DNA of 43,274 nt from the NCBI GenBank assembly GCA_964605745.1, contig CAZSDT010000004.1, positions 1-43,274 on the forward strand. Direction: 5' to 3'. This stretch comes from an uncultured archaeon (GTDB taxonomy: Archaea; Iainarchaeota; Iainarchaeia; Iainarchaeales; JAAZKV01). The translations under genes were made by a program, and so were the position numbers. The notes beneath the pieces were generated by a model, which did not search any database, was not told where the DNA came from, and saw only the letters and a program-made list of their open reading frames with translations. How positions within the stretch are numbered: the first letter of the stretch is position 1; each line of letters begins with the position of its first letter. Below are positions 9,140 through 18,011 of the stretch, piece after piece.

Positions 9140-9423
9140 AAGGATTTCTATTCAGTATTGATTCACTAATATCAATAGGGTTGATACTTTTAGCCGCAAC
9201 TACTCTTTGGATTACGATTAGTGAAAAAACCAACACCCAAACAATATCAGCAGAATTGCAAAATATAGAAATCATGACATTATATTTTAATCAACCCGCA
9301 AAAGAAAATAACCTTACCACCCAAAACCAAAAATGTGAAGAACTAAACTATTATGATTCTAATCTTACAAAAAAAATGGGTAATCAAACCATGAGCAAAA
9401 AAAATGTTTGCGAGGGGATATGA
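9136..9423 (+). CDS. Prepilin-like protein (95 aa)
   Basis: MKGFLFSIDSLISIGLILLAATTLWI (KG|F). ATGA overlap with the upstream gene. Confidence 0.55.
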   Translation: MKGFLFSIDSLISIGLILLAATTLWITISEKTNTQTISAELQNIEIMTLYFNQPAKENNLTTQNQKCEELNYYDSNLTKKMGNQTMSKKNVCEGI

Positions 9424-9827
9424 TGAAAGGATTTGGAGGAATACTAATTTTGTTTACTGTATTAATTGTTTCAATAATTTTGATAAGCTCAATTTACACT
9501 ATAAAAAATGATGAAACTAACACATTATTTATTCCAAAAATAAAAAATTTTATTACAACATATGAATTTAATTTAAAAAATATGTCAACTGATTGCAACT
9601 GGAAAAAAGAACAACCAGTGGTGCAAAACTGCTTGCAAAATGGAACAAATCTAATTTTTGAAAAAGCAAATTTAAATGTTTTAATTTCATGCACAAACAC
9701 CTCGCTTTTAATGATTGATGCAAATAATTATTATACCGATATAAATTGCACAAACAAAATAATTATACAAAAACAAACTAGCTTTAATTTACATAAAAGA
9801 ATATTTTTAACAGCTCCAACTGAGTAA
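9420..9827 (+). CDS. Prepilin-like protein (~135 aa)
   Basis: MMKGFGGILILFTVLIVSIILISSIY. ATG 9420/9423 is preferred to the track's TTG 9408. Overlaps the upstream stop. Confidence 0.5.
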   Translation: MMKGFGGILILFTVLIVSIILISSIYTIKNDETNTLFIPKIKNFITTYEFNLKNMSTDCNWKKEQPVVQNCLQNGTNLIFEKANLNVLISCTNTSLLMIDANNYYTDINCTNKIIIQKQTSFNLHKRIFLTAPTE

Positions 9828-9888
9828 ATCTGCTTTCTAAAAAGTCCTAACAAAGAGGTTTTTATTGCTTTCCAAAACAGACTTGATT

Positions 9889-11640
9889 ATGAATGCAAAA
9901 AAAAGAATTGCTGTTATTGATTATGAAACATGCAATCCTAAACACTGCGGAAATTATTTATGTGAAAAAGTCTGCCCGATTAACAGATCTGGAAAAGAAT
10001 GCATTACTAATGAAAACTTAAAACAACCAATAATTTCTGAAGATTTATGCATTGGCTGTGAAATATGCCAAAACAAATGCCCATACAAATCAATAAGCAT
10101 CATTAATTTGTCAATGGAACTTGGAGAACCAATACATTCATTCGGCAAAAATCAGTTCAGATTGCACGGACTCCCAATACCAAAAGAAAAAGCGGTACTC
10201 GGATTTATTGGAAGAAATGGAATAGGAAAAACTACAATAGTTAAAATTTTATCAGGAAATATAATTCCAAATTTTGATCAAAAGGATTCTTCAAAGCAAA
10301 AAGTAATGGATTACTACAAAGGAAAAGAAGCTTTTGAATATTTTAAAAAAGTTTATGGAAAAGGGATAAGGGTGGCAGTAAAACCACAAAATATTGAATT
10401 ACTTAAACCAACAGGAACAGTACAGGAGCTTTTATCAAAAATTGATGAAAAAAATAAATTAATCCAAACTGCTAAAGCACTTAACATAGAGGGAATAATG
10501 CAAAGGGATTCAAGTAAATTATCAGGTGGAGAATTTCAGAAAGTTGCAATTGCAGCAACTGGATTAAAAAATGCAGAAGTATACTTTTTTGATGAACCAA
10601 GTTCATTTTTGGATATAAAAGAAAGATTAAGAGTTGCAGAATATATACGAAGTCTTGCAAAAGAAGCATCTGTAATAGTTGTTGAACACGACCTTGTTTT
10701 ACTTGATTATTTGTCAGATTATGTAAATTTAATGTATGGAAAACCAAGAGTGTTTGGATTTGTTTCAAATGTGAAAACAACACGAGAAGGAATCAACACT
10801 TATCTTGATGGATATTCAAAAGATGAAAATTACAGATTCAGAGATTACAAAATTGATTTCTTCGGAAAAGAAAGAAATGAAAAAAAGGACAGAAAAGAAC
10901 AGATAATTGAGTGGCCACTTATACAAAAAAAATTAGGAACATTTACTTTTGAAGCAGAGGCAAACAAAGTAAAAAGAAATGAAATAATTGGAATAGTTGG
11001 TCCAAATGGAATTGGAAAAACTACTTTTATGAAAATACTTGCTGGAGAATTAACACCTGATAATACTGCTTTAGAAAATCAAACAAAAATTTCTTACAAA
11101 CCCCAATACATTTCATACACTGGAGAAAAAACTGTTGAAGAATTATTTGAAGGAATATCAATAGGAGATATTAGACAAACTATCCTTAGACCTTTGGAAC
11201 TTGAAGAATTATTAGAAAAAAAAGCAAAAAATCTCTCCGGAGGAGAATTACAAAGAGTATCAATTGCTTTATGCTTAAGCAAAAAAGCGGATTTATATTT
11301 ACTTGATGAACCAAGTGCATATTTGGATGTAGAACAAAGACTTGCAGTCGGAAAAGCAATTAAAGGGCACATGGATATTACGGATTGCTCCGCACTAGTA
11401 ATTGACCATGATTTAACTTTTATTGATTTCTTAAGCGACAAAGTAATGGTTTTTAGCGGAGAACCTGCAATAAATGGAAAAGCACAAGGGCCATACCCAG
11501 TAAGCGAAGGAATGAACAAGTTACTTTCATACTTAAATATTACTGTAAGAAGAGATAAAGATACAAAACGACCGAGAATAAATAAAATAGATTCTGTTCT
11601 TGACAGAGAACAAAAACAACAAGGAAATTATTATTCTTAA
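9889..11640 (+). CDS. abcE1: ABCE1 / RNase L inhibitor-type ribosome recycling ATPase
   Basis: N-terminal Fe-S Cys clusters (CNPKHCGNYLCEKVCP; CIGCEICQNKCP). Two ABC cassettes with Walker A GRNGIGKTT/GPNGIGKTT and signatures LSGGEFQ/LSGGELQ. ATG 9889 is preferred to TTG 9865. Confidence 0.95.
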   Translation: MNAKKRIAVIDYETCNPKHCGNYLCEKVCPINRSGKECITNENLKQPIISEDLCIGCEICQNKCPYKSISIINLSMELGEPIHSFGKNQFRLHGLPIPKEKAVLGFIGRNGIGKTTIVKILSGNIIPNFDQKDSSKQKVMDYYKGKEAFEYFKKVYGKGIRVAVKPQNIELLKPTGTVQELLSKIDEKNKLIQTAKALNIEGIMQRDSSKLSGGEFQKVAIAATGLKNAEVYFFDEPSSFLDIKERLRVAEYIRSLAKEASVIVVEHDLVLLDYLSDYVNLMYGKPRVFGFVSNVKTTREGINTYLDGYSKDENYRFRDYKIDFFGKERNEKKDRKEQIIEWPLIQKKLGTFTFEAEANKVKRNEIIGIVGPNGIGKTTFMKILAGELTPDNTALENQTKISYKPQYISYTGEKTVEELFEGISIGDIRQTILRPLELEELLEKKAKNLSGGELQRVSIALCLSKKADLYLLDEPSAYLDVEQRLAVGKAIKGHMDITDCSALVIDHDLTFIDFLSDKVMVFSGEPAINGKAQGPYPVSEGMNKLLSYLNITVRRDKDTKRPRINKIDSVLDREQKQQGNYYS

Positions 11641-11702
11641 AAAAAATTGAAAGAATATTTAACAAAAAACAAATAAAACAAAAAAATTAAAAAAAACTTT
11701 TT

Positions 11703-12128
11703 TTAAAATCCAAAAATAGATATTTTTGATATTTGTGTTAAAGAAGATTTTTTTATTTTATCAGGATTAATAAATTTAAATGAAGAATGATCCACACTTA
11801 AAGTAACTAAATCTTTACTTAATTTGCACACATAAACTTTTAACAAAACCACTTCTTTTTTTCCCTTGAATTTGTGATTAAAACAAAAAACTTTTTTTAA
11901 ATTTACCTTTCCACACGCAAGAGAAGATTCTTCTTTAATTTCTCTTTTAATTGCTTTAAAAAAAGACTCTTTTGATTCAACTTTTCCGCCGGGCAATTGC
12001 CACTTATTTACCCAAGTAGAATTATTTTTTGAACGTTTAAGAAGAAGTATTTCTCCTTTAGAATTATATATTAATGCCTCAACTATCCCAAACCTTTTGG
12101 GTTTTTTAGTCTTTATTGAAGCACTCAT
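11703..12128 (-). CDS. Nudix hydrolase
   Basis: Nudix box GGKVESKESFFKAIKREIKEES (G-x5-E-x7-REUxEE). ATG 12128 is preferred to TTG 12137. Confidence 0.8.
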   Translation of the reverse strand: MSASIKTKKPKRFGIVEALIYNSKGEILLLKRSKNNSTWVNKWQLPGGKVESKESFFKAIKREIKEESSLACGKVNLKKVFCFNHKFKGKKEVVLLKVYVCKLSKDLVTLSVDHSSFKFINPDKIKKSSLTQISKISIFGF

Positions 12129-12186
12129 GTAGTACAAAAGAAGAGTAAAGTTAATTTAAATATTGCTAATTACTAATAATTCTATT

Positions 12187-13221
12187 ATGAAAGTACTAAA
12201 AATTGATAAAAGAGAAAATGAAATACAATGCATACCAGAAACTGCTGAAGATTTGTGGCACTTGGAAAAAATTATTTCTAAAAAGGACATTGTTTATGGA
12301 AATGTAGACCGAAAAATAAAACCGAAAAAAGAAGGAGAAAAAGCACAACGAATAAAACTATTTGTTGAATTGGAAGTGGAAAGCACACGCTTTGAAGAAT
12401 ACTCAAATGAATTAAGAATAAACGGAATCATACTAAGCGGAAAGCCAGAAGAATTCATTGAAATCAAAAGCCACCAAAATTTAGAAATTGGATACGGAGA
12501 AAAAATAAAAATAAAAAAAGAAAGCATCAAACAATGGCAGATTGACAGATTAAGAAAAGCTGAAAATGCAAGCACAAATGATGCACTACTAACAGTATTA
12601 CTTGATGATGAAGAAGCAGAACTAGCATTTATTAATTCTTATAATATCTCAAAAAAAGCAACTATAAAAGAAAAAATCAAGGGAAAGAGATATGCCCAGG
12701 AAAAAAGCACGTACTTTGAAGAAATACTTGAAAAAATAATTTCACTAAATCCAAAAAAAATAATTTTAGCTGGACCGGGGTTTACAAAAGATAATTTAAA
12801 AAAATTTATTGAAGACAAAAAAATAAAAAATTTTCCACAAATACTAACTGAAATTACAAATTCAATTTCAACAACTGGATTTAATGAATTAATGAAAGAG
12901 GGAAAAATAAACAAAGTTGAAAAAGAATTGCAATTATATAAGGAATCTAGAGTGATTGAAGAATTTTTAACTCTTGTTGCAAAAGGAAAAGGAGAATATG
13001 GAATAGAAAAAGTAAAAATTGCACTCGAGACTGGTGCTGTTGATAAATTAATCATGTCTGAAAACTATTTAATTCAAAATAGAGATATGGCAGAAAATAT
13101 ACTTGATTTGGCGGAAAAGAATGGAAGCATTACTGAAATTATTTCTTCTAAAAACCCACAAGAAAAAATAATTTGGGGATTTGGTGGAGTGGTTGCCACA
13201 TTAAGATACAAGGTGGAATAA
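12187..13221 (+). CDS. pelA: Pelota (aPelota/Dom34) ribosome rescue factor
   Basis: MKVLKIDKRENEIQCIPETAEDLWHLEKII N-terminus, central and eRF1-like C-terminal domains, and length ~344 aa are typical of archaeal Pelota. Confidence 0.9.
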   Translation: MKVLKIDKRENEIQCIPETAEDLWHLEKIISKKDIVYGNVDRKIKPKKEGEKAQRIKLFVELEVESTRFEEYSNELRINGIILSGKPEEFIEIKSHQNLEIGYGEKIKIKKESIKQWQIDRLRKAENASTNDALLTVLLDDEEAELAFINSYNISKKATIKEKIKGKRYAQEKSTYFEEILEKIISLNPKKIILAGPGFTKDNLKKFIEDKKIKNFPQILTEITNSISTTGFNELMKEGKINKVEKELQLYKESRVIEEFLTLVAKGKGEYGIEKVKIALETGAVDKLIMSENYLIQNRDMAENILDLAEKNGSITEIISSKNPQEKIIWGFGGVVATLRYKVE

Positions 13222-13766
13222 TGCATTTGACACGAAAAGCAATTATTCTTGCACGAAACAAAATAAGAAAAGTAGATAAAAGTCCAAGTTTTAAATTAAC
13301 TGGAAGTGGACAATATTCAATAATAAAAAATGGAAAAAAAGTTGTTTTGAACCTAACCTCAACAATTTACCAAGAAAGAGAAACATATATAGAATTCAAG
13401 CACGAAGGTCGATCTGTTGGAATGTTTGCTGCAAGCAAAAGCACTAATAACCAATGGAAAATATATCACCGAAGATTAAACCCTGACTTGAGAGGATATA
13501 ATATTGGAAGAGTGGGATTTAGACTTTTAGAACAACAAATAAAAAAATTAAATGGGAAAAAAATAATGGTTGAAACAAATCAAAGCGATGTAATAAGAAC
13601 ATTACTAAAAATTGGATATGTTTTTGAAAAAGATTATAGAAAAAAAATATGTACTTATCTAAAACTACCTCAAAAAGCTAAAAATATCGAAATAATTAAT
13701 TTATTAAATAAAAATACAACCGAACTTCCATATGAATCAGTTTTAATTCACGAAATAAAAAATTAA
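13221..13766 (+). CDS. Hypothetical protein, possibly GNAT-fold acetyltransferase
   Basis: LRGYNIGRVGFRLLEQ resembles GNAT motif A (R-x-x-G-x-G). The start ATG overlaps the pelota stop (TAATG). Weak assignment. Confidence 0.35.
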   Translation: MHLTRKAIILARNKIRKVDKSPSFKLTGSGQYSIIKNGKKVVLNLTSTIYQERETYIEFKHEGRSVGMFAASKSTNNQWKIYHRRLNPDLRGYNIGRVGFRLLEQQIKKLNGKKIMVETNQSDVIRTLLKIGYVFEKDYRKKICTYLKLPQKAKNIEIINLLNKNTTELPYESVLIHEIKN

Positions 13767-14122
13767 TCCATTTTTAATTTAAGCCACTCGATTTTTTTAT
13801 TTTCAACCAAATCTTTCACTTTCTTTTGAGCTTCACTTAATTGGCTTGTGTTTGTTTTGAACTCAACAAAAACTATTTTATCATCCTCAAAAGCAACTCC
13901 ATCAATTGGTTTGCCTATAAAGCGAAAATTCTGTGGATTGTATGGATATTTATCTGAAAAAGGAATCCACTGCTCGGTCAATTGACCATACTTCACACTC
14001 TGGGATTTTTTTGAAAATCTTAAATCTTCTAACTCAGATTTTAATGAAGAAATACTTTTTAATACAAAAAGCAAAACTATTGCTAAAATAATTATTATTG
14101 CTATCAAAACTAATTCATACAT
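13763..14122 (-). CDS. Membrane-anchored nuclease related to archaeal Holliday junction resolvase (COG4741-like)
   Basis: N-terminal TM (LVLIAIIIILAIVLLFVL), then GKPIDGVAFEDDKIVFVEFKTNTSQLSEAQKKV, a D...E-x-K restriction-endonuclease-like core. Confidence 0.55.
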   Translation of the reverse strand: MYELVLIAIIIILAIVLLFVLKSISSLKSELEDLRFSKKSQSVKYGQLTEQWIPFSDKYPYNPQNFRFIGKPIDGVAFEDDKIVFVEFKTNTSQLSEAQKKVKDLVENKKIEWLKLKMD

Positions 14123-14200
14123 AAAAACACCAAAAACACTATTTCTACTTATTATTACATAATACTTAAACCTCTAAAGTTATTAACAAACTTGGTTGAT

Positions 14201-15802
14201 TTAAATCTTCTTTGACATAAAAGGTTCTTCTTTTTTGTAATTAAAATTTTTTCTATAATACTCTCGAACACCCAAACCAGAAATTACAATCATTTTATTT
14301 GAAGAAAATCTTTCTTTAGCTATTTTTTCAGCTTCAAGCATTAATTGTTTTCCTAACCCTTGGTGCTGAGAAGAAGATGCATCATCTTTTTTCCCTAATG
14401 GCACACTTTTCCCATAAACATGAAGCTCTCTAATTAAAGCGGTTTTGTTTGTAATTTGTTTTAAAAAAGGAGAAGCTGGGTTTCTTAATCTTAAAAAACC
14501 AAACAAGTGCTCTTTTGATTCAATTGAAATAAAAGCTTCCTCTCCGCCAGAGGCACTATAAAATTCTGTATTCAACTTTGCTTTTTCTAATTCTTTTTCA
14601 AAATCAATATTTTTTCCCCTGGAACCTAAACCAATTTCCCTGCATCTAATACAATTACATTTCTTTCCCTGTTTGTGCAATTCTTCATCAATTAATTGAC
14701 GTAAATTAGTTTTCTTTATACCAGCCTCTATTACATTCCCAGGAATATCACGCTCAACTCTCATAACTCTCACCCATTTTGGGAGAGTGGATTTTAATTC
14801 CACAAATAATTTAACTGCTTCGTCTTCAAGCATTGGAGAAAAATTACCCTCTTTCCAATCTTCATAAAGTTTTGTTCCTTTAATTACTAAACAAGGATAA
14901 AATTTTACCATATCTGGTTTAAAATCCGGATTTGTAAAAACACTTTTTAGATTTTTTAAGTCTGTTTTATAATTACTGCCGGGAAGTCCAGGCATTAAGT
15001 GGTAAAGCACTTTAAATGAAGAATCTTTCAATCTTTTTGTTGAAGACACAACATCTTCTACAGAATGCCCCCTGTTTATTTTTTTATAAATTTCATCTGA
15101 AGGATTCTGAACTCCAAGTTCTACTCTCGTTCCCCCCAAATTAAGCATTTCTTCAATCTGTTTTTTTAAACACAAATCAGGGCGTGTTTCAAAAGTTATA
15201 CCAACTACTCTTCTATTTGATTTCTCTGCATTAAGTTTAGATTGTTTTAAAGAAGAAGAAGATTTTTCTGCAATTGCATCTAACGATTTTTTTACAACTT
15301 TTTCTTGCAAATTCTTGCTCAAAGCAGTAAAAGAACTTCCTTGAAAAATCAATTCAATTTTTTCTGCAAAATTTCCTGTTGCATCAAGCTGCTTTATTCT
15401 ATTTTGCACAATTTTATAAGCATCATAATTCAAACGCTGGGCACGAAGAGCACTTGGCTCAAATCCAGTATAGGATTTAGGCGATTTTTTATCATCTAAA
15501 GAAGTTGGACAATAAGTACATTTTCCAGGGCAAGGGAATGGAGGAAGCATTACTGCAATTACTTGAACTCCTGAAAGGCTACGAGTCGGTTTTATTGATA
15601 AAAAAGAAAGTACTTTTTTAGATGGGTTTTTTGCAAAAGACAAAATAAAAGGGTTTGAAGGAATTTCACTCAATCCAAATTGTTTTGCCCAAAAAAATAA
15701 ACTTTTTGAAAACTCTCTTTCTGTAGAAATTTTTCCAGAATTCAATTCTTCAACAATTTTTTTTGCAAACAAAATATCTTGCTTTGAATTGATTGAATTC
15801 AT
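14201..15802 (-). CDS. elp3: Elp3-type radical SAM / GNAT tRNA-modifying enzyme
   Basis: Radical-SAM CPGKCTYCP (C-x3-C-x2-C), a central Elp3 region, and a C-terminal GNAT motif (QHQGLGKQLM). Confidence 0.9.
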   Translation of the reverse strand: MNSINSKQDILFAKKIVEELNSGKISTEREFSKSLFFWAKQFGLSEIPSNPFILSFAKNPSKKVLSFLSIKPTRSLSGVQVIAVMLPPFPCPGKCTYCPTSLDDKKSPKSYTGFEPSALRAQRLNYDAYKIVQNRIKQLDATGNFAEKIELIFQGSSFTALSKNLQEKVVKKSLDAIAEKSSSSLKQSKLNAEKSNRRVVGITFETRPDLCLKKQIEEMLNLGGTRVELGVQNPSDEIYKKINRGHSVEDVVSSTKRLKDSSFKVLYHLMPGLPGSNYKTDLKNLKSVFTNPDFKPDMVKFYPCLVIKGTKLYEDWKEGNFSPMLEDEAVKLFVELKSTLPKWVRVMRVERDIPGNVIEAGIKKTNLRQLIDEELHKQGKKCNCIRCREIGLGSRGKNIDFEKELEKAKLNTEFYSASGGEEAFISIESKEHLFGFLRLRNPASPFLKQITNKTALIRELHVYGKSVPLGKKDDASSSQHQGLGKQLMLEAEKIAKERFSSNKMIVISGLGVREYYRKNFNYKKEEPFMSKKI

Positions 15803-15906
15803 AAGTAGGAAGAGAAGAGAAAGTACTTAAAAAACAATTGAATTAATCAAAAATTAACTAAAAAAATAATAAATTAAAATTAACAAATTAAATTTAATAA
15901 ACTAAA

Positions 15907-16698
15907 TTACATAAAAAAAGAAATTAGCCCATTAAAAAAATAACTTGGAAGCAAAGAAAAAGAGTAAAAAGGAAGACCATATACAACAGTTGAAAGTTTG
16001 CTTTTTAGAGTTGGCAAAGCATTAACTTTGAAAGAAAAATCACTAGATTTATTTTCGTAATAAACAATTGCCTTAAATTCCTTACTTCCCTCAAGACGAG
16101 GAAAAATATCAAAAGATTGTTCTAAAGAAGATCTCTTCGGAACAACTACAGTTATGGTTTTTTTATTAACTGCAAAAGCAGAAACATCAAACCAATTAGC
16201 AGGCAAGTCAGTTTCAATAGTAAAAACAGAATCTGAATCTGTATTATTTACAAAAAATAATTTGAAAGATGCACTCAAGTCAACAAAAGTAGTAACTTGG
16301 GCATTACTTGCTGGAGAAACACCCAAAACATTTGATACTACTTCAAAAGTCAAATCAATTGAATCGCTTGCTGAAGAACCAAAAAACTTAGCTCTAATTG
16401 ATTCAGTACCAACAACTGCATCCTTTGGAACAACAACAAATAATTTTATTGATTCTTTTTCATATCTAATATAATAATTCAAATCTTTTATTGAAGAGGA
16501 TTCTATTTCCAAAGATTGATACTTGTTTGTCAATTCTTTTGAAAAAATCATTTCCATTGTATTGCCCGGGGCAACAGTTCCTACAAAATTATCAGAAGAG
16601 GATAATTCTTTTGAAAGAGGATCAATCAATCTTACTGAAAAAACGCAAGAAGAGAGCAATACTAAAAATGCAACTAAAATCAATGCTTTTTTAAACAT
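15907..16698 (-). CDS. Secreted or surface protein of unknown function
   Basis: N-terminal signal peptide (MFKKALILVAFLVLLSSC), a beta-rich S/T/V/F composition, and a C-terminal hydrophobic segment. Confidence 0.4.
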   Translation of the reverse strand: MFKKALILVAFLVLLSSCVFSVRLIDPLSKELSSSDNFVGTVAPGNTMEMIFSKELTNKYQSLEIESSSIKDLNYYIRYEKESIKLFVVVPKDAVVGTESIRAKFFGSSASDSIDLTFEVVSNVLGVSPASNAQVTTFVDLSASFKLFFVNNTDSDSVFTIETDLPANWFDVSAFAVNKKTITVVVPKRSSLEQSFDIFPRLEGSKEFKAIVYYENKSSDFSFKVNALPTLKSKLSTVVYGLPFYSFSLLPSYFFNGLISFFM

Positions 16699-16745
16699 AA
16701 TAAATCAAATTAATTCAAGTTAGAATGAAATAAAAAGGTATTTAT

Positions 16746-17399
16746 ATGAACAAAAAAGCGAATTGTACTGAAAAAAAGACAACTAAAGAAAAAGATGAAC
16801 AAAAGCAAATATTTGCAGAAAAATCAAGATTTGACATGACTAAAAAACACCACAAAAAAACTTACGAAGAAGCAAAAGGAATAGGAAGAATGGATGAAGA
16901 TTTTATTCCACTTTGCGATTATATTATTAAAACAAAAAATTATTTTACTTCAAGTTCGTGCGCAGGAAGAATAGCATTAATTGGATTAGGCGAAGAAGAA
17001 ACAAAACAAGAAAGTGCATTTTATAGAAAATGGCACAGAACAGTAAAAGAAAATGAAGTAATTGAAGCAGTGCATGAATTTAAGGGCGCGGTTTTATGGT
17101 TCAAACAAGAGCCATTAATTTTACACTTAGGAACAAATAATATTGAAAATGCAAAAAAAATACTTACTTTGTGTGAAAAAGTTGGAATAAAAAGAGCTGG
17201 AATAAAAGTTGCTAAAGATGGAAAATTTATTGCAGAAATACTTGGAACGCAAAATATAAATGCCCCAATTAAAGAGGGAACAATGATTTCAAGCGATGAA
17301 TACCTAAAATATTTGGTAAAAAAAGGAAATGAAAAATTTAAGATAAACCAAGAACTAATTGAAAAACTTTATAATGAAGCAAAAAAAATGTTAAAATAA
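16746..17399 (+). CDS. taw3: tRNA wyosine-derivative methyltransferase Taw3/TYW3-like
   Basis: Hallmark FTSSSCAGRIALI (SSC[SA]GRI) motif. It carries a ~45-aa Lys-rich N-terminal extension. Confidence 0.7.
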   Translation: MNKKANCTEKKTTKEKDEQKQIFAEKSRFDMTKKHHKKTYEEAKGIGRMDEDFIPLCDYIIKTKNYFTSSSCAGRIALIGLGEEETKQESAFYRKWHRTVKENEVIEAVHEFKGAVLWFKQEPLILHLGTNNIENAKKILTLCEKVGIKRAGIKVAKDGKFIAEILGTQNINAPIKEGTMISSDEYLKYLVKKGNEKFKINQELIEKLYNEAKKMLK

Positions 17400-17425
17400 A
17401 TAAAATAAAAAAAGGATTTTTTAAA

Positions 17426-17956
17426 ATGAAAAAATTATTTGTTGCAATAGAAATTCCTAAAGAATTAAAAGAAAAAATTAATATAGAACTAATCGAGCCT
17501 TTAGGAGAAGTAAAAAAAGTTTCAAAGGAAAATCTTCATATTACACTTGCATATATTGGAGAGGTTTTTGAACAAAACGAAAAAGTAATAATTGAAAAAC
17601 TTAAAAAAATCCAATTTTCTAAATTCCCAATATTATTAGGAGGAACAGGAAGCTTTGATGAAAAGGTAATTTGGCTTAGTGCACAGGCAATTGAGTTATT
17701 TACTTTAGCTGAAAATATTTCAAAAGAACTGCGTATAGATAATGAATTTGCTGGGCACATAATAATTGCAAAAGCAAAAGAAGGGAAAGATATAACTGAA
17801 AATTTTAAAAAAATAAGAGGGAAAAGAATAAACCAAACAATTAAAGTCAATAAATTTGTTTTATTGGAAAATAAACCATCTATTGAAGGAAGCACTTATT
17901 GCAAAATAACTGAGTTTAAAGCAAATCTGAATTTAAAAAATATTAAAAAACAATAA
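17426..17956 (+). CDS. 2H phosphoesterase (LigT/ThpR-like 2'-5' RNA ligase family)
   Basis: First H-x-T-x motif LHITLAYIG. The second motif is GHIIIAKA, with Thr replaced by Ile. Length ~176 aa fits the family. Confidence 0.65.
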   Translation: MKKLFVAIEIPKELKEKINIELIEPLGEVKKVSKENLHITLAYIGEVFEQNEKVIIEKLKKIQFSKFPILLGGTGSFDEKVIWLSAQAIELFTLAENISKELRIDNEFAGHIIIAKAKEGKDITENFKKIRGKRINQTIKVNKFVLLENKPSIEGSTYCKITEFKANLNLKNIKKQ

Positions 17957-18011
17957 ATTTAAAAAAAAAATAAATTTAAAAAAAATAAACAATATATTTT
18001 CTAAAATAAAA

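Noticed and set aside
9865-13221. ABCE1 and Pelota, partners in ribosome rescue and recycling, lie within 1 kb of each other with a Nudix gene between. This could be a dedicated module.
   Set aside because: The genes are on different transcription units, since the Nudix gene is on the opposite strand. Both are universal archaeal housekeeping genes, so their proximity is plausibly coincidental in a compact genome.
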